Part shown: positions 11,401 through 20,820 of the stretch, in pieces
How positions within the stretch are numbered: the stretch's first letter is position 1
Layout of the letters: each line of letters begins with the position of its first letter
Origin: Candidatus Marinacidobacterales bacterium
Lineage (GTDB): Bacteria; Acidobacteriota; Vicinamibacteria; Marinacidobacterales; SMYC01
Length of the DNA: 64,000 nucleotides
NCBI GenBank assembly: GCA_965237955.1
Contig: OZ250169.1
Coordinates: forward strand, 4,608,001-4,672,000
Direction: 5' to 3'
Notes under the pieces: generated by a model
Seen by the model: the letters and a program-made list of their open reading frames with translations, nothing else
The model's database searches: none
What the model was told of the DNA's origin: nothing
Made by a program: the position numbers and the translations under genes

Positions 11401-11711
11401 ACAACAAGCTGAAAGCCGTGGAAGAAGGTCTCTTTCAAATGAAACAGACGCCAGGTGCAGACTTTTGGCGTTGGAAGACGAGGCTCTTGGGGCGGTTCCT
11501 CGTGCTTGCTTCAGAGGTGGGAAGTTCGTGGGGAGGCGCCGGCAATGACTTTGCACCGACGACTTCGCAAGTCGAGGTGCATGAGCTCTTGAAGAAGCGA
11601 CTGACGACCCACCAGGATCGGCTGAACGAGCTGCTCGACAAGGACGTCCCTGCTTTCACCGATCTGCTGAGGGAGAAGAATTTGCCAACGATCTTTCTGG
11701 TAGCAACCTAG
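8496..11711 (+). CDS. Secreted VPS10/BNR (Asp-box) repeat beta-propeller, glycosyl hydrolase/sialidase-like
   Basis: Signal peptide, LRYRHIGP, repeated S/TxDGGxTW Asp-boxes, DNHDMWIDP, GTYGRGFWI and a C-terminal helical region; start after AAGGGG RBS. Confidence 0.85.
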   Translation: MSRRNTRPEIHRIAWVSVLILAGFLSPGYAQEIDSDVYSELRYRHIGPQGNRVVAVVGVPGDPNIVYTGAASGGIWKSIDGGINWEPIFDDQEVSSIGSLAIAPSDPNIVWAGTGETFLRNNISIGNGIYKSTDAGKTWKHMGLEKTGRIGRLVIHPRDPDIVLAAAMGHCHGPQPERGIYRTTDGGKTWDKVLFVDENTGGADIAMDPNNPRILFASMWQVLVTTWGVLSGGPGSSLHKSTDGGATWTPLRGHGLPATTLGKIAVAVAPSNSDRVYATIETGDGVPQEGKNIGNGSLWRSEDGGEEWKLISYDHSLNERTHYYGRMAVAPDNADDVYFIGGTLVRSIDGGVSAEGLRGGDNHDMWIDPTDPDRMILGADPGPVLTTNRGRTWSNRSLPIAQMYHVEVDNKIPYFVYGNRQDGPSFRGPSNPLGGGITAGLWRYVGGNESGWAVPDPVDDNIVWSGGYDGAIDRFDLDTGHAQSVKVWPETSIGFSAGDMKYRFNWTFPIAISPHDHNRVYVGSQYVHQTTDGGRNWKVISPDLSTDDETLLENSDGSKSPSVGVEFEFGSVVFAIAESPLEEGLIWAGTNDGNVQVTRDGGANWTNVTGNIPGLPAWGTVSSIEPSRYDAGSSYITVNLHHVNNRDPHVYKTTDYGKTWKSISSDIPRSVFSYARCVREDPVRKGLLYLGTENALYVSFNDGDNWVPLQNNMPHTPVHWMVVQEHFNDLVVGTYGRGFWIMDDITPLQQLTSEVVDSEVHLFAARPAYRFRNVGRRMSVYNAQTIGQGPPYGASINYYLKSAPTDDVTITILDEKDQTIKTLEGSKEPGINRVMWDLRHEPSRQAMLRTNHEYGPHVELDSRTQTRPLPAGGSISPQAVPGIYTVKLSVEGQELSQKLTVKKDPNSAGSEADIQAQVKMSLELREDVNSIMDMIDKIETIRGQIYDLTILLEEDENAGEVISAAEELDNKLKAVEEGLFQMKQTPGADFWRWKTRLLGRFLVLASEVGSSWGGAGNDFAPTTSQVEVHELLKKRLTTHQDRLNELLDKDVPAFTDLLREKNLPTIFLVAT

Positions 11712-11726
11712 GGAGCAGAGAAATCA

Positions 11727-13361
11727 ATGAGAGGTCCTGCAATACGAGCCCTGTGCCTTTGCTCTTTGTTCCTAGTTACCCTCACCGCCTGCAGCGAGAG
11801 CGACCGGCCCATATTGGATTTGGTCATCGAGAACGGTCATGTCGTCGACGGTACGGGCAGTCCCTGGTTTGCCGCCGACGTCGGCATTGTCGACGGCAAA
11901 ATAGCCAATGTCGGCGATCTGGCAACCATCAGCCGAGAGCGCACCATCGATGCCACCGGCCTCGTCGTCTCGCCGGGCTTCATCGATATCCACAATCACT
12001 CCGACGATGAGCTGCTGGAAATGCCCCTCGCCGAAAACTACATCCGGCAGGGCGCCACCACATTGGTCATCGGCAACTGCGGTCACTCGACCGTGCCGCG
12101 CGAGGAATGGCCCACGTTCGAGAAATATTTCGGCCACCTCGAAAAAGATGGCACTACGGTCAACGTCGCAGCCCTCATGGGACACGGTGATCTGAGAAGC
12201 TACGTCGTCGGCGAGGATGATCGGGCACCCACCGCCGAGGAGCTCGACAGGATGAAATCCGTCCTCAACGGCGCCATGGAGGATGGCGCTTTCGGCATGT
12301 CGACCGGTCTGGCTTACGCGCCGGGAATGTTCGCCAAAACCGATGAGCTCATCGAGCTGTGCAAGGTCGTCGCCCAATATGATGGCCTCTACGCCACGCA
12401 CATCCGTACCGAAGGTTCCAGTTCCACCTGGAAAAAATCCGTCCTCGAAGCGATCGAAACCGCGGAACACTGCGGGGCTCATCTGCAGGTCTCCCATCAG
12501 GAGAGCCATTACCCGAACTGGGGCGATGAAGAAAAGATTATCAAACTGCTCGAAGCGGCCCGTGCCCGAGGCGTGGACGTCAGCACCGACCTGCCGCCCT
12601 ACCTAGCGGGCTCGACCACGATTTATCAGATTCTGCCCAACTGGGCGCTGGATGGAGGCGACCCCGAAGTCTTGAGAAGGGTACAGGATCCCGAAGAGAG
12701 GAAAAAGATCCGACACTACGTCTATGAGGAGAAGGAATCACACACCACTCCGCCCGTCGCCCTTCTCGGAGACGGGCATGCCGATAAAATCTGGGTGAGC
12801 GGCAAACACATCGCTCAAATCGCCGACGAACGCGGACTCGACCACCTGGACACCGTCTTTCAGCTCATCATCGAAAACAAAGGTGGCGTGAGCATCGTGA
12901 TGGAGCAGCACTATGAAGACGACATCCGCAAGTTGGTCAGCCACCCGCTCTCCATGATCGAATCGGATGGCCGCATATACAAGGTCGGCGACGGCGTGCC
13001 CCATCCCCGCAGCTATGGCGTCTTCCCCATCACCTTTCGCAAGTACGTGCGCGGAGAAACCCGCGCGGAAGAACCCAAAGAGGTGGGCAAAACCATCCTC
13101 ACCTTGCAGGAGGCCGTCAGAAAAATCACTTCATTCCCGGCAACCAAGCTGGGCATCCAGGACCGGGGCCTGATTCGCGAGAATATGTGGGCCGATATTA
13201 CCGTCTTTGATCTCGAACGCATCACCGACCAGGCCACTTACGCCGATCCCCACCAGTTCCCCAAGGGCATCCCCTACGTCATCGTCAACGGCGAAGTCGT
13301 GGTGGAGAAGGAAGAACCCACCGGCGCCCGCCCCGGCAGAATCCTGAGACGCTCAAGATAG
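11727..13361 (+). CDS. N-acyl-D-amino-acid deacylase family amidohydrolase, lipoprotein
   Basis: LTAC lipobox, PGFIDIHNHSD, VIGNCG, YATHIR, PHPRSYG and RGLIRENMWADITVFD motifs. Confidence 0.88.
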   Translation: MRGPAIRALCLCSLFLVTLTACSESDRPILDLVIENGHVVDGTGSPWFAADVGIVDGKIANVGDLATISRERTIDATGLVVSPGFIDIHNHSDDELLEMPLAENYIRQGATTLVIGNCGHSTVPREEWPTFEKYFGHLEKDGTTVNVAALMGHGDLRSYVVGEDDRAPTAEELDRMKSVLNGAMEDGAFGMSTGLAYAPGMFAKTDELIELCKVVAQYDGLYATHIRTEGSSSTWKKSVLEAIETAEHCGAHLQVSHQESHYPNWGDEEKIIKLLEAARARGVDVSTDLPPYLAGSTTIYQILPNWALDGGDPEVLRRVQDPEERKKIRHYVYEEKESHTTPPVALLGDGHADKIWVSGKHIAQIADERGLDHLDTVFQLIIENKGGVSIVMEQHYEDDIRKLVSHPLSMIESDGRIYKVGDGVPHPRSYGVFPITFRKYVRGETRAEEPKEVGKTILTLQEAVRKITSFPATKLGIQDRGLIRENMWADITVFDLERITDQATYADPHQFPKGIPYVIVNGEVVVEKEEPTGARPGRILRRSR

Positions 13362-13497
13362 AACGCGATATAGACCTCCCGAGCCCCACCCAGGGGACCG
13401 CGTCTCCGAGAGCGACATGTCATTCACTCGTCGGGTGGCATCCAGTCCACGAGCTGCGACCAGAGCGACCAGTTCTTCCCGTTGACGGTGACCATGG

Positions 13498-15606
13498 TTA
13501 CGGGAGGTCGTTCAACTGTTGACGGATTGCCTCCTGATCGGGATCCATCTGCAAGGAGCGCTCGAGCATCTCCCTGGCCTTTTCCACTTCTCCAGTTCGC
13601 TGGTAACAATCCCCTAGAGTGTTGAGCAGCGTCGTGTCGGGAGGACGAATCGTAATGGCCTTTTCCAGATGTCGTTGGCTGCTGGCACAATCGCTCTTCA
13701 AGTAGTAAGCGCGACCGAGACCGTCGAGGACTTCGAACTGGCTCGAGAAGCTATCCGCCATCGGCTGAAGAAGCTCCAAGACGCGGTCGGCCTGACGCTC
13801 CAAGACGCGGTCGGCCTGACCTGCGCGCAGAAGCGCTTTCGCAAGAGTCCAACGCGCGCTCGGCAGTTGCGGGTTGTTTGTTGCCACGGCCGCCTCGAGC
13901 TCGCGCGTCGCTTCATCGAAACGCTCCAGCGCCAGCAGCTGTTCTCCCCGCTGCAGCTGCAGGAGCCCGGGCGCACGCACGTTGACGGCGCGACGATAAA
14001 CGATGCCAGGCCTGGGAATCGCCGTTCGGGGAGAGATCGTCAATGGGGCTCTTCGCGCCGCCACGACGGTCCCGGCAGGTTCCAACAGCTCTACCACGAC
14101 TTCGTAGTTGCCGCCCATCATTTTCAACAGGGACAATTCCTCGACGACCGGTCCCGCTCCGTAGTGGGCGAGCTTTGCTTCGCGCGAATCGAGGATCTCT
14201 TCCCCGTTGAGCAAGGCAACCCGCAATCCGAAGTTGGGACCGACGCCGTGCACCTGTGCAAAGACCTGCACCGTCTCGCCGATCGCAAAAACACCTCCCG
14301 CCGCCGGCTGCACGCGACGGCCTTCCACCCGGAACGCGCGGTGATCACCGGGCGGCTCGTTGGCCGCGAAAGAGATCTTCCCGTAGCCCAGAATCACTTC
14401 GCTGAGCAGGGGCTCGACGCCGGTCAGCGGCTCGATGGTTAGCTCTCGCTCCGCGACCGTGAACTGCTTGAGCACTCGATTGCGGACGATCACGCTCACC
14501 TTGTACTGCCCGTCGACGATGGGGAAATTATCCTGATAGGAGAACGGCGAGGATTGGACTTGGTGAATTTGGTCCGGCGACAACTCCACGTAGGCTTGTT
14601 TGGTGTGCTCCAGAATCAGACGGTCCTCCCCGTCCCGAACTTCCAAACTGATATCCAGGGTCGTGTAGCCTTTGTTTTGCTCTTCGTCCATCTCCATGCT
14701 GAAGTCTTGCGGGTCGAGCTCGATGCTGTAATGGACGAAGGCGGTATCCTGTGGCCCGAAGAGCACCGCGAAGAAACTTCGACTCGGCACGAAGTTGAAC
14801 GAATACTCGGCGGAGACCAGGTCTCCGTATCGGAGATAGGCGTCCGCGTAGTCAGGGCGAATCGCTCGCTTGGGAAACTCCTCCACCCTGGCCATCATCA
14901 AGTCGGTACCCATCGACGCAATCCCGCCCCGGAAGTCGGGGGGATCGCTGGTATCGAAAGACAACGAAGCGACCCCCAGCTCGGGGCTGATGTCGGTTAG
15001 CATGTCGACAGCCCTGACGTTATCGACGCTGTGGACTTCGCTGCTCCTGATGAGAGAGGTAGGTCCGTCCATGATGGGGTGGTAGATCCTGTACTCGCCG
15101 ATATCGTCTCGCTGGAAAAACAACAAGTAGAAGAACGCAGGCAGCCTCGATACCGGAGGGGCTTGGTAAAACCACAGCTCGCTCGAGACCAAGTCGTTGT
15201 ACCCGTCGAAGCGCTGTACGTCCCTAGGCTCGCCCAGGATGATGTAGTACCTCCCCCGGTCGGTCCTCCAACCGGGAAGATACGTCTCCCGACCCAGGAA
15301 CTTGTTCGCGTGCGCGAGCCGGCGATAGTGCTCCTCCTTGAACTCGTTGACCGGGGTAGCGCGAACGGGGTCCCGCTTTCTCCAGAAAGAGTCGATGAAA
15401 AGGTTGCGCTCCTCGATGGTCCCGAGATCGAGGAAAACCTCGTGTTCCCTTTCGGTGATGATATACACGACCTCTTCCTTCAACCAGGTTTTGTGCTCGG
15501 GCGAGAGATTCTTCTCGCGATCGTCGGCCGAAGCAACGCCGACAAAAGCCACGAGGAGGAGTAACGCGCGGCTAACTCTCATTGGCTTCCTGTTCTTGTA
15601 GCTCAT
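13498..15606 (-). CDS. GWxTD domain-containing protein with C-terminal TPRs
   Basis: Signal peptide; WLKEEVVYII, FWRKRDP, EHYRR and PGWRTDRGRYYIILGEP motifs; TPR-like repeats at the C-terminus. Confidence 0.9.
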   Translation of the reverse strand: MSYKNRKPMRVSRALLLLVAFVGVASADDREKNLSPEHKTWLKEEVVYIITEREHEVFLDLGTIEERNLFIDSFWRKRDPVRATPVNEFKEEHYRRLAHANKFLGRETYLPGWRTDRGRYYIILGEPRDVQRFDGYNDLVSSELWFYQAPPVSRLPAFFYLLFFQRDDIGEYRIYHPIMDGPTSLIRSSEVHSVDNVRAVDMLTDISPELGVASLSFDTSDPPDFRGGIASMGTDLMMARVEEFPKRAIRPDYADAYLRYGDLVSAEYSFNFVPSRSFFAVLFGPQDTAFVHYSIELDPQDFSMEMDEEQNKGYTTLDISLEVRDGEDRLILEHTKQAYVELSPDQIHQVQSSPFSYQDNFPIVDGQYKVSVIVRNRVLKQFTVAERELTIEPLTGVEPLLSEVILGYGKISFAANEPPGDHRAFRVEGRRVQPAAGGVFAIGETVQVFAQVHGVGPNFGLRVALLNGEEILDSREAKLAHYGAGPVVEELSLLKMMGGNYEVVVELLEPAGTVVAARRAPLTISPRTAIPRPGIVYRRAVNVRAPGLLQLQRGEQLLALERFDEATRELEAAVATNNPQLPSARWTLAKALLRAGQADRVLERQADRVLELLQPMADSFSSQFEVLDGLGRAYYLKSDCASSQRHLEKAITIRPPDTTLLNTLGDCYQRTGEVEKAREMLERSLQMDPDQEAIRQQLNDLP
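13773..13820. repeat. Perfect 24-bp tandem duplication inside the GWxTD gene
   Basis: gctccaagacgcggtcggcctgac x2, giving QADRVLE-R-QADRVLE in the protein. Confidence 0.95.
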
Positions 15607-15759
15607 TCTAATAATCTATACCTCAGAATGAGAGGGGATGCCAGTTGCTTCAGGGTCATATCAGACCGTCTTCACCGGCTCAATGAGTTGCACACACGCC
15701 GCTGGCATGAAATGCGCTAACCTCCGCCGACCAAGGGATTCGCTTTATCGTGTCCGTCC

Positions 15760-15946
15760 ACGGCCGGATCGCAAGATGCAGCTCAAGGAGGATTTCGATC
15801 TGAAGCACTTCCACGACCAAATCACCACCCTGGGATCGGTTCCATTGTCCCTCCTCCGGTGGCAAATCACCGGCCTAGACGACGAAATGGACAAGTTTTG
15901 GAATCCGGTAAGACTCTTCTCCATCTTGGAGCCTGCGTCGAACTGA
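15760..15946 (+). pseudogene. C-terminal remnant of a DUF885-family protein
   Basis: QLKEDFDLKHFHDQITTLGSVPLSLLRW matches the DUF885 end motif (FDLKxFHD...GxxPL); no upstream body. Confidence 0.65.
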
Positions 15947-16068
15947 GCTCAGCGTGCGAGCCGTGTTCTTCGCTAGCGCCGCCGTTCGTCCGTAGTCGGG
16001 CCTAGAGAGCGTACACTGAAATTTACCTGCAATACCGTGCATGAAGTTTGGCTAGAAGTTAGTCGGTA

Positions 16069-17025
16069 TCAATATCCCTTCGAGATATCGACCACCCCCT
16101 CCAGCGTCTTGCCTTCTTCGAATCTCTTCAAATTTCTCAGGAATACCTTGGTAATCTCCTCCGGCAAACTCGGCCCGGATATGTGAGGTGTAAGGACCAC
16201 GTTCTCCGCCTCCCACAAGGGGTGATTCGCCGGCAGAGGCTCCTCATCGAACACATCCAAAACCGCCCCGGCGATCCGCTTCTGGCTCAACGCATCCAGC
16301 AGGGCTCTCTCCTGCACCAGCGGCCCTCTAGCCACATTGATGAGATAAGCGCTCTGTTTCATCTGTGCGAACTCTCTGTCACCCAGAATCCCTTCGGTCC
16401 GGTCGGTGAGCGGTAGAGCGAGCACCAAGAAATCGACTTCCTGAAGAAACGTGTCCTTCTCCGTCAGCGGGTACACCCTTTCCACATAAGGCAGAGCTCT
16501 TTCCTGTTCAACCAGGCCGATGACCTTCGCCCCCGCGAGATGAATCCGATAAGCCAATGTCGACCCTACCGATCCCAATCCCATGACTCCCACGGTTTTG
16601 CTTCGAATCGACTCTACCAAGAAAGGAGCCCATCGTTTCTTCCGCTTGTTCTCGAACACCTCCTCCATTCGCTGGGTGAGTGCCAGCATGTACCCAAGCA
16701 CGTATTCGGCCATGATGGAGCCGAACAACCCTCTGATCTTGGTCAAGGTCACGTGCGACGGTAAAGCCTTGGATCGTACGAAATTCTCCACGCCGGCCCC
16801 CATGGCCTGAATCCATTTGAGTCTCTTCGCCCTGCTGATGGCGTGCATCGGGAAGGTGTGACCGGCGAAGATGATCTCCGCGTCTTTGACGACGTTTGCG
16901 ATTGCAGCTTCGTCCCTGCAATTCAGCAAATTGAGATCTTGCCGAGCCTCCTCCAACAGCTTTTGGTAACGGTCCAAGAATTCCGGGTTGTGGTGGTAAA
17001 CGAGTACGTTGCGGCCTGAATCCAT
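16069..17025 (-). CDS. D-2-hydroxyacid dehydrogenase
   Basis: GVMGLGSVG, LPLTDRTEG, LINVARGPLV, LDVFDEEPLP and LTPHISG motifs; GGAGG RBS upstream of ATG 17025. Confidence 0.92.
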   Translation of the reverse strand: MDSGRNVLVYHHNPEFLDRYQKLLEEARQDLNLLNCRDEAAIANVVKDAEIIFAGHTFPMHAISRAKRLKWIQAMGAGVENFVRSKALPSHVTLTKIRGLFGSIMAEYVLGYMLALTQRMEEVFENKRKKRWAPFLVESIRSKTVGVMGLGSVGSTLAYRIHLAGAKVIGLVEQERALPYVERVYPLTEKDTFLQEVDFLVLALPLTDRTEGILGDREFAQMKQSAYLINVARGPLVQERALLDALSQKRIAGAVLDVFDEEPLPANHPLWEAENVVLTPHISGPSLPEEITKVFLRNLKRFEEGKTLEGVVDISKGY

Positions 17026-17228
17026 TTGTAAGTACCTCCCTCTTGTCATTGGAACCGACCTCAAGGATTGTTTGGAGTCAACGGCCATAGATGGAGTCGG
17101 TTTGACACCTTTGACTCTACAGAAAGTAATGCGGCGAGATTCGGGGCGGAAGTGACAGAAGCGCGAATCGGTACGAAACTGTCCTACCTGGAAGAGGATT
17201 CGCCCCCTAATCGGGCGGCGTTTGCACG

Positions 17229-20192
17229 TTATCGGGCATCGGGCTGGACGCGCAGCGGACGCGAAAGCTCCTGCCCGTCGACCCAGAGCGTGACCTCGTA
17301 CTCGCCGAGACCCACCAGTGGAACCGGCCGCCCCTGCCGGCTGCGCCGGGTGAGGCGCCGGGAATCGTTGCTGCCCACTCGCTGCCAGGGCGGGGGGGGA
17401 GAGCGCGAAGGTTTCCTCAAGTCCCACACCAGCCTGTTGAGACCCGCCCGGGAGGACCCGGAGAGCTCGCGTACCAGCCTCCCTTCCGCATCTTGAATGG
17501 TAATCGTCACCGGTGCCGCCCGCGTCTCGCGAAGAAAGTAGTAGATCGTGGCCCCCGGGGGAGCCAGCTCGCTCCGATCGCTTTCCGACACCAGCTCGCT
17601 GTAGGGGTTGGCAGCCGCGAAACGCCGCGCGCCGCTCGCGCCCTTGTTCCTGGTGATGTCGACGTCGAGGAGCGTCGTGGGCTCCACCGCGAAGAGATGC
17701 GCCGGGCTGGCGAGCACCTCGCGGGTGAGCGCTCGAAGAGGCGCGATGTCCATGATGTAGATGCTCCGACCGTGCGTTCCGGCGACCAGATCCGCTTCCC
17801 GCGGGTGAATCACCATGTCCCTCACCGGGACCGTCGGGAGACCGTTGCGGAGAGCGAGCCAGTGCTCGCCAGCGTCGATGGAGACGAACGCCCCGTTCTC
17901 GGTTCCGACGAACAAGAGATCACGGTTGACTCGATCCTCTCTGATGACTCTGACCGGCACCCCGGGAGGAAGACTTCCACCGATGGGTTCCCAGGTTCCG
18001 CCGTAGTCCCGCGTGCGAAAAAGATAAACGCCGAAATCGTCGTTCCGGTGATCATCGAAGGCCGCATAGGCGGTGGCGACATCGAAATGAGATGCCTCCA
18101 GGGAGCTGACCCACGCACGCGGCGATCCCCCAGTGTCCGCGGGAAGTCCGGCAATCCGTCCGGCTACGTTCGTCCAGGAGCTGCCGCTGTCACGGCTGAT
18201 GTGCAGGCTCCCGTCGTTCGTGCCCGCCCAGAGTACGGCGGACCCGAGGGGCGATGCGGCAATGGCGGTGATCGTGGCTCCCTCGCCGGTGTCGCGACTG
18301 GGCCGGCCCCTGGACAGATCGGGGCTGACCGCCGTCCAGCTCTCGCCTCGGTCGTCCGTCTTCAAGAGCATCTGAGCGCCGAGGTAAAGCGTCGAGGAAT
18401 CGTGCGGGGACATGACGAAAGGGGTGTTGAAATTGAATCGGAGTTTTTCATCACCGGCGCGGGGACGGATGGACTTCCTCACACCTTTTTTCATGTCGAG
18501 CCGGTGGATGTTGGCATACTGGGACTCGATGTAGATCGTCGCCGGATCGCCCGGGTCGACCTGGACGTAACCACCGTCGGCGGTGCCGAGCTTGAACCAG
18601 TCCCTGTCGGCGATTCCACTCCGATGGCGGGTGGCGCTCGGCCCGCCCCAGCTGCCGTTGTCTTGAAGTCCGCCATAGACCCAGTAGGGTTGCTGCATGT
18701 CGACCGCTATCCCGACGAACTGTCCGACGGGCATGGGATGATTCTCCCAATGGTCCCCACCGTCGTAGCTGGTGAAGAGCCCGCCGTCGCTGCCGACGAT
18801 CAGGTGGTCCGAGTTCTCCGGGTCGATCCACATGGCGTGGAAGTCGCCGTGGATGAAATCGCTGGTCAGCCAGGACGAGAAGGCCCAGCCCTTTTGTTGC
18901 AACCGACGCCCACCGTCCGTGGACTCCCAGGTTCGGACCCAAAGCACGTAGACGTGGTCCGCGTCGGCGGGGTTCACCCGGATCTGGGAGTAGTAGCCTT
19001 CTCTTTCGTTCAGCTTGTTGACGCGCCTCCAACTTTCCCCCTTGTCGTCCGATCGAAACAGCCCGCCGCCGGTGTCCAGCTCATCGAGATCCAGAAGAAC
19101 CCGCATCTGCGCCTGCTGGCGGCGGCTCAATCCGGCCACGATGCTGCCCGACAAATCTCCCGGTGGTGCCGCCCCCATCATAAGCTCGATCCGAGCGAAC
19201 TCGGACTGGTCCGGTCTCTCATCCTGCCGCAGGAGCTCGCGTAGCCGGTCGACGCTCGCCTCCGGCGGGTGGATCCAACGCGGCGCGACCTCCACGATCG
19301 CATAGACGACGTCGGGGTTGGCGGGCGCGATAGCGATGCCGATGCGCCCCACGCGCTCGCTCGGCAAACCGGCACGGAGCGGGCTCCACGTGTCGCCGCC
19401 GTCGGTGGTCTTGTAGAGACCGCCGCCGTCGAGCACGTAGATGCCGACGCTGTCGAAGTCATCGAAGCGGTCGCTGCGGCGGGCGTAGGCGGCGGCATAC
19501 AGCGTGTTCCGATCCGCGGGATCCATGGCCACGTCGACGAAACCCACGTCCTCGCCGATGAACATGGCCTTGTGCCACGTCTCGCCGCCGTCCGTCGTCT
19601 TGTAGAGGCCTCTTTCCGTGTTGGGACCCCAGAGATGCCCCAGGGCCGCGACGTACACGATGTCGGGATCGACGGGGTCGATCACGATCCGGCCGATGTG
19701 GTGCGTGTCGGCGAGTCCCATGCGCTTCCAGGTGCTCCCGCCGTCCCCCGACTTGTACACCCCGTCACCCCATGAGCTGTAACTGCTCGCGTTCGCTTCT
19801 CCGGTTCCCACCCACACAACGTTCGGGTCGGAGTCGGAAACGGCGATGGCTCCAATGGAGCTCGATCCTTGTTCGTCAAAGATTGGCAGCCAGGTGGTCC
19901 CGTTGTTGATCGTCTTCCACACACCGCCGGTAGCGGTGGCACAGTAGACGCGGTATAGCTCTCCTTCCTGGGAACGGCGATGTCGGTCACCCGGCCGCTC
20001 ATATGAGCAGGGCCGATCAAGCGCCAACGCAAGGGCGTGAGCTCTGCCTCTGTCACGCCGAGCGACTCGGCCCAGCCGAGCCAGGGGACGGTGAGGGTGG
20101 CTGCCAAGGCGGCCGGCCAGCCCGAAACGAGATCGGAATCTCGTCCGTCGCGACGAGCGCCGTCCCCTCGGAGAACGTCCGAACACACTCAT
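17229..20192 (-). CDS. Second VPS10/BNR repeat glycosyl hydrolase-like protein, frameshifted near the N-terminus
   Basis: Multiple Asp-boxes, DFHAMWIDP, GGLQDNGSW and GTHGRSIYI motifs; the expected LRWRLIGPAHMSGRVTDIAVP segment and hydrophobic leader lie in another frame (ORF 19682..20188), with the shift at ~19945-19975. Confidence 0.78.
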   Translation of the reverse strand: MSVFGRSPRGRRSSRRTRFRSRFGLAGRLGSHPHRPLARLGRVARRDRGRAHALALALDRPCSYERPGDRHRRSQEGELYRVYCATATGGVWKTINNGTTWLPIFDEQGSSSIGAIAVSDSDPNVVWVGTGEANASSYSSWGDGVYKSGDGGSTWKRMGLADTHHIGRIVIDPVDPDIVYVAALGHLWGPNTERGLYKTTDGGETWHKAMFIGEDVGFVDVAMDPADRNTLYAAAYARRSDRFDDFDSVGIYVLDGGGLYKTTDGGDTWSPLRAGLPSERVGRIGIAIAPANPDVVYAIVEVAPRWIHPPEASVDRLRELLRQDERPDQSEFARIELMMGAAPPGDLSGSIVAGLSRRQQAQMRVLLDLDELDTGGGLFRSDDKGESWRRVNKLNEREGYYSQIRVNPADADHVYVLWVRTWESTDGGRRLQQKGWAFSSWLTSDFIHGDFHAMWIDPENSDHLIVGSDGGLFTSYDGGDHWENHPMPVGQFVGIAVDMQQPYWVYGGLQDNGSWGGPSATRHRSGIADRDWFKLGTADGGYVQVDPGDPATIYIESQYANIHRLDMKKGVRKSIRPRAGDEKLRFNFNTPFVMSPHDSSTLYLGAQMLLKTDDRGESWTAVSPDLSRGRPSRDTGEGATITAIAASPLGSAVLWAGTNDGSLHISRDSGSSWTNVAGRIAGLPADTGGSPRAWVSSLEASHFDVATAYAAFDDHRNDDFGVYLFRTRDYGGTWEPIGGSLPPGVPVRVIREDRVNRDLLFVGTENGAFVSIDAGEHWLALRNGLPTVPVRDMVIHPREADLVAGTHGRSIYIMDIAPLRALTREVLASPAHLFAVEPTTLLDVDITRNKGASGARRFAAANPYSELVSESDRSELAPPGATIYYFLRETRAAPVTITIQDAEGRLVRELSGSSRAGLNRLVWDLRKPSRSPPPPWQRVGSNDSRRLTRRSRQGRPVPLVGLGEYEVTLWVDGQELSRPLRVQPDAR

Positions 20193-20589
20193 GCCCCACA
20201 GCCTATCAACATGGGCTGGGCACTCCCGGGAAACACTGAAAAACTCCGTAACAGCAAAATGTTAGACCAAGGCCGACGCAGTGGGATAGGGACAGAAGCG
20301 GCCTCGACAGGGAAACTGTCCCCGGGAATGCCCAACAAGACAGATTTGGTAGCACTCGTGCTTCTGTCCCCCTCCTTTTGATGCCCATTGTCGTATGATT
20401 CACGTTGTGGTTCGCAAGCGCGGACTCGAGAAGCTCTCAGGTCCGGCAAAGCGCCTGCGAGCTTCGAGCCCAGCGCCACCCAGTACTGCCAACGGAGGAG
20501 CCTCGCCTGTTGGAACGACGCGGGGCGATCGCGAGAGTCTCTGTATCGGCGGCTGGTAAGCTCGTCGACGCTGGCTCGCGGAGGATCAT

Positions 20590-20820
20590 ATGACGAATCG
20601 GAACTCGGCTACAGCGATAAAAGCCTCTCGGTCCGAAGGGGCTAAGCAAGTTACATCCATGGAGGCGCGGACGGTTTCCATCCCCTTGCGCGAACCTCTG
20701 GCCTTCGCAACCCGAAGGGTGGATCAGCGCCAGTACACGCTGGCACGTATCGGCACAGCGGATGGCCTCCAAGGATACGGCTTCTGCTACTCCGGTGACC
20801 GGGCCGGGAGTCAGATCTAG
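20590..20820 (+). pseudogene. N-terminal fragment of a mandelate racemase/enolase-superfamily enzyme
   Basis: VTSMEARTVSIPLREPLAFATRRV...ARIGTADGLQGYGFCY matches the N-terminal capping domain; ends at the convergent gene's stop. Confidence 0.7.

Noticed and set aside
17493-19244. 583-aa plus-strand ORF (similar long antisense ORFs at 20841-22481 and 41706-43307)
   Set aside because: Antisense shadows of well-supported genes, expected in high-GC DNA
20200-20590. Short overlapping ORFs upstream of the enolase fragment
   Set aside because: No recognisable motifs or consistent coding frame
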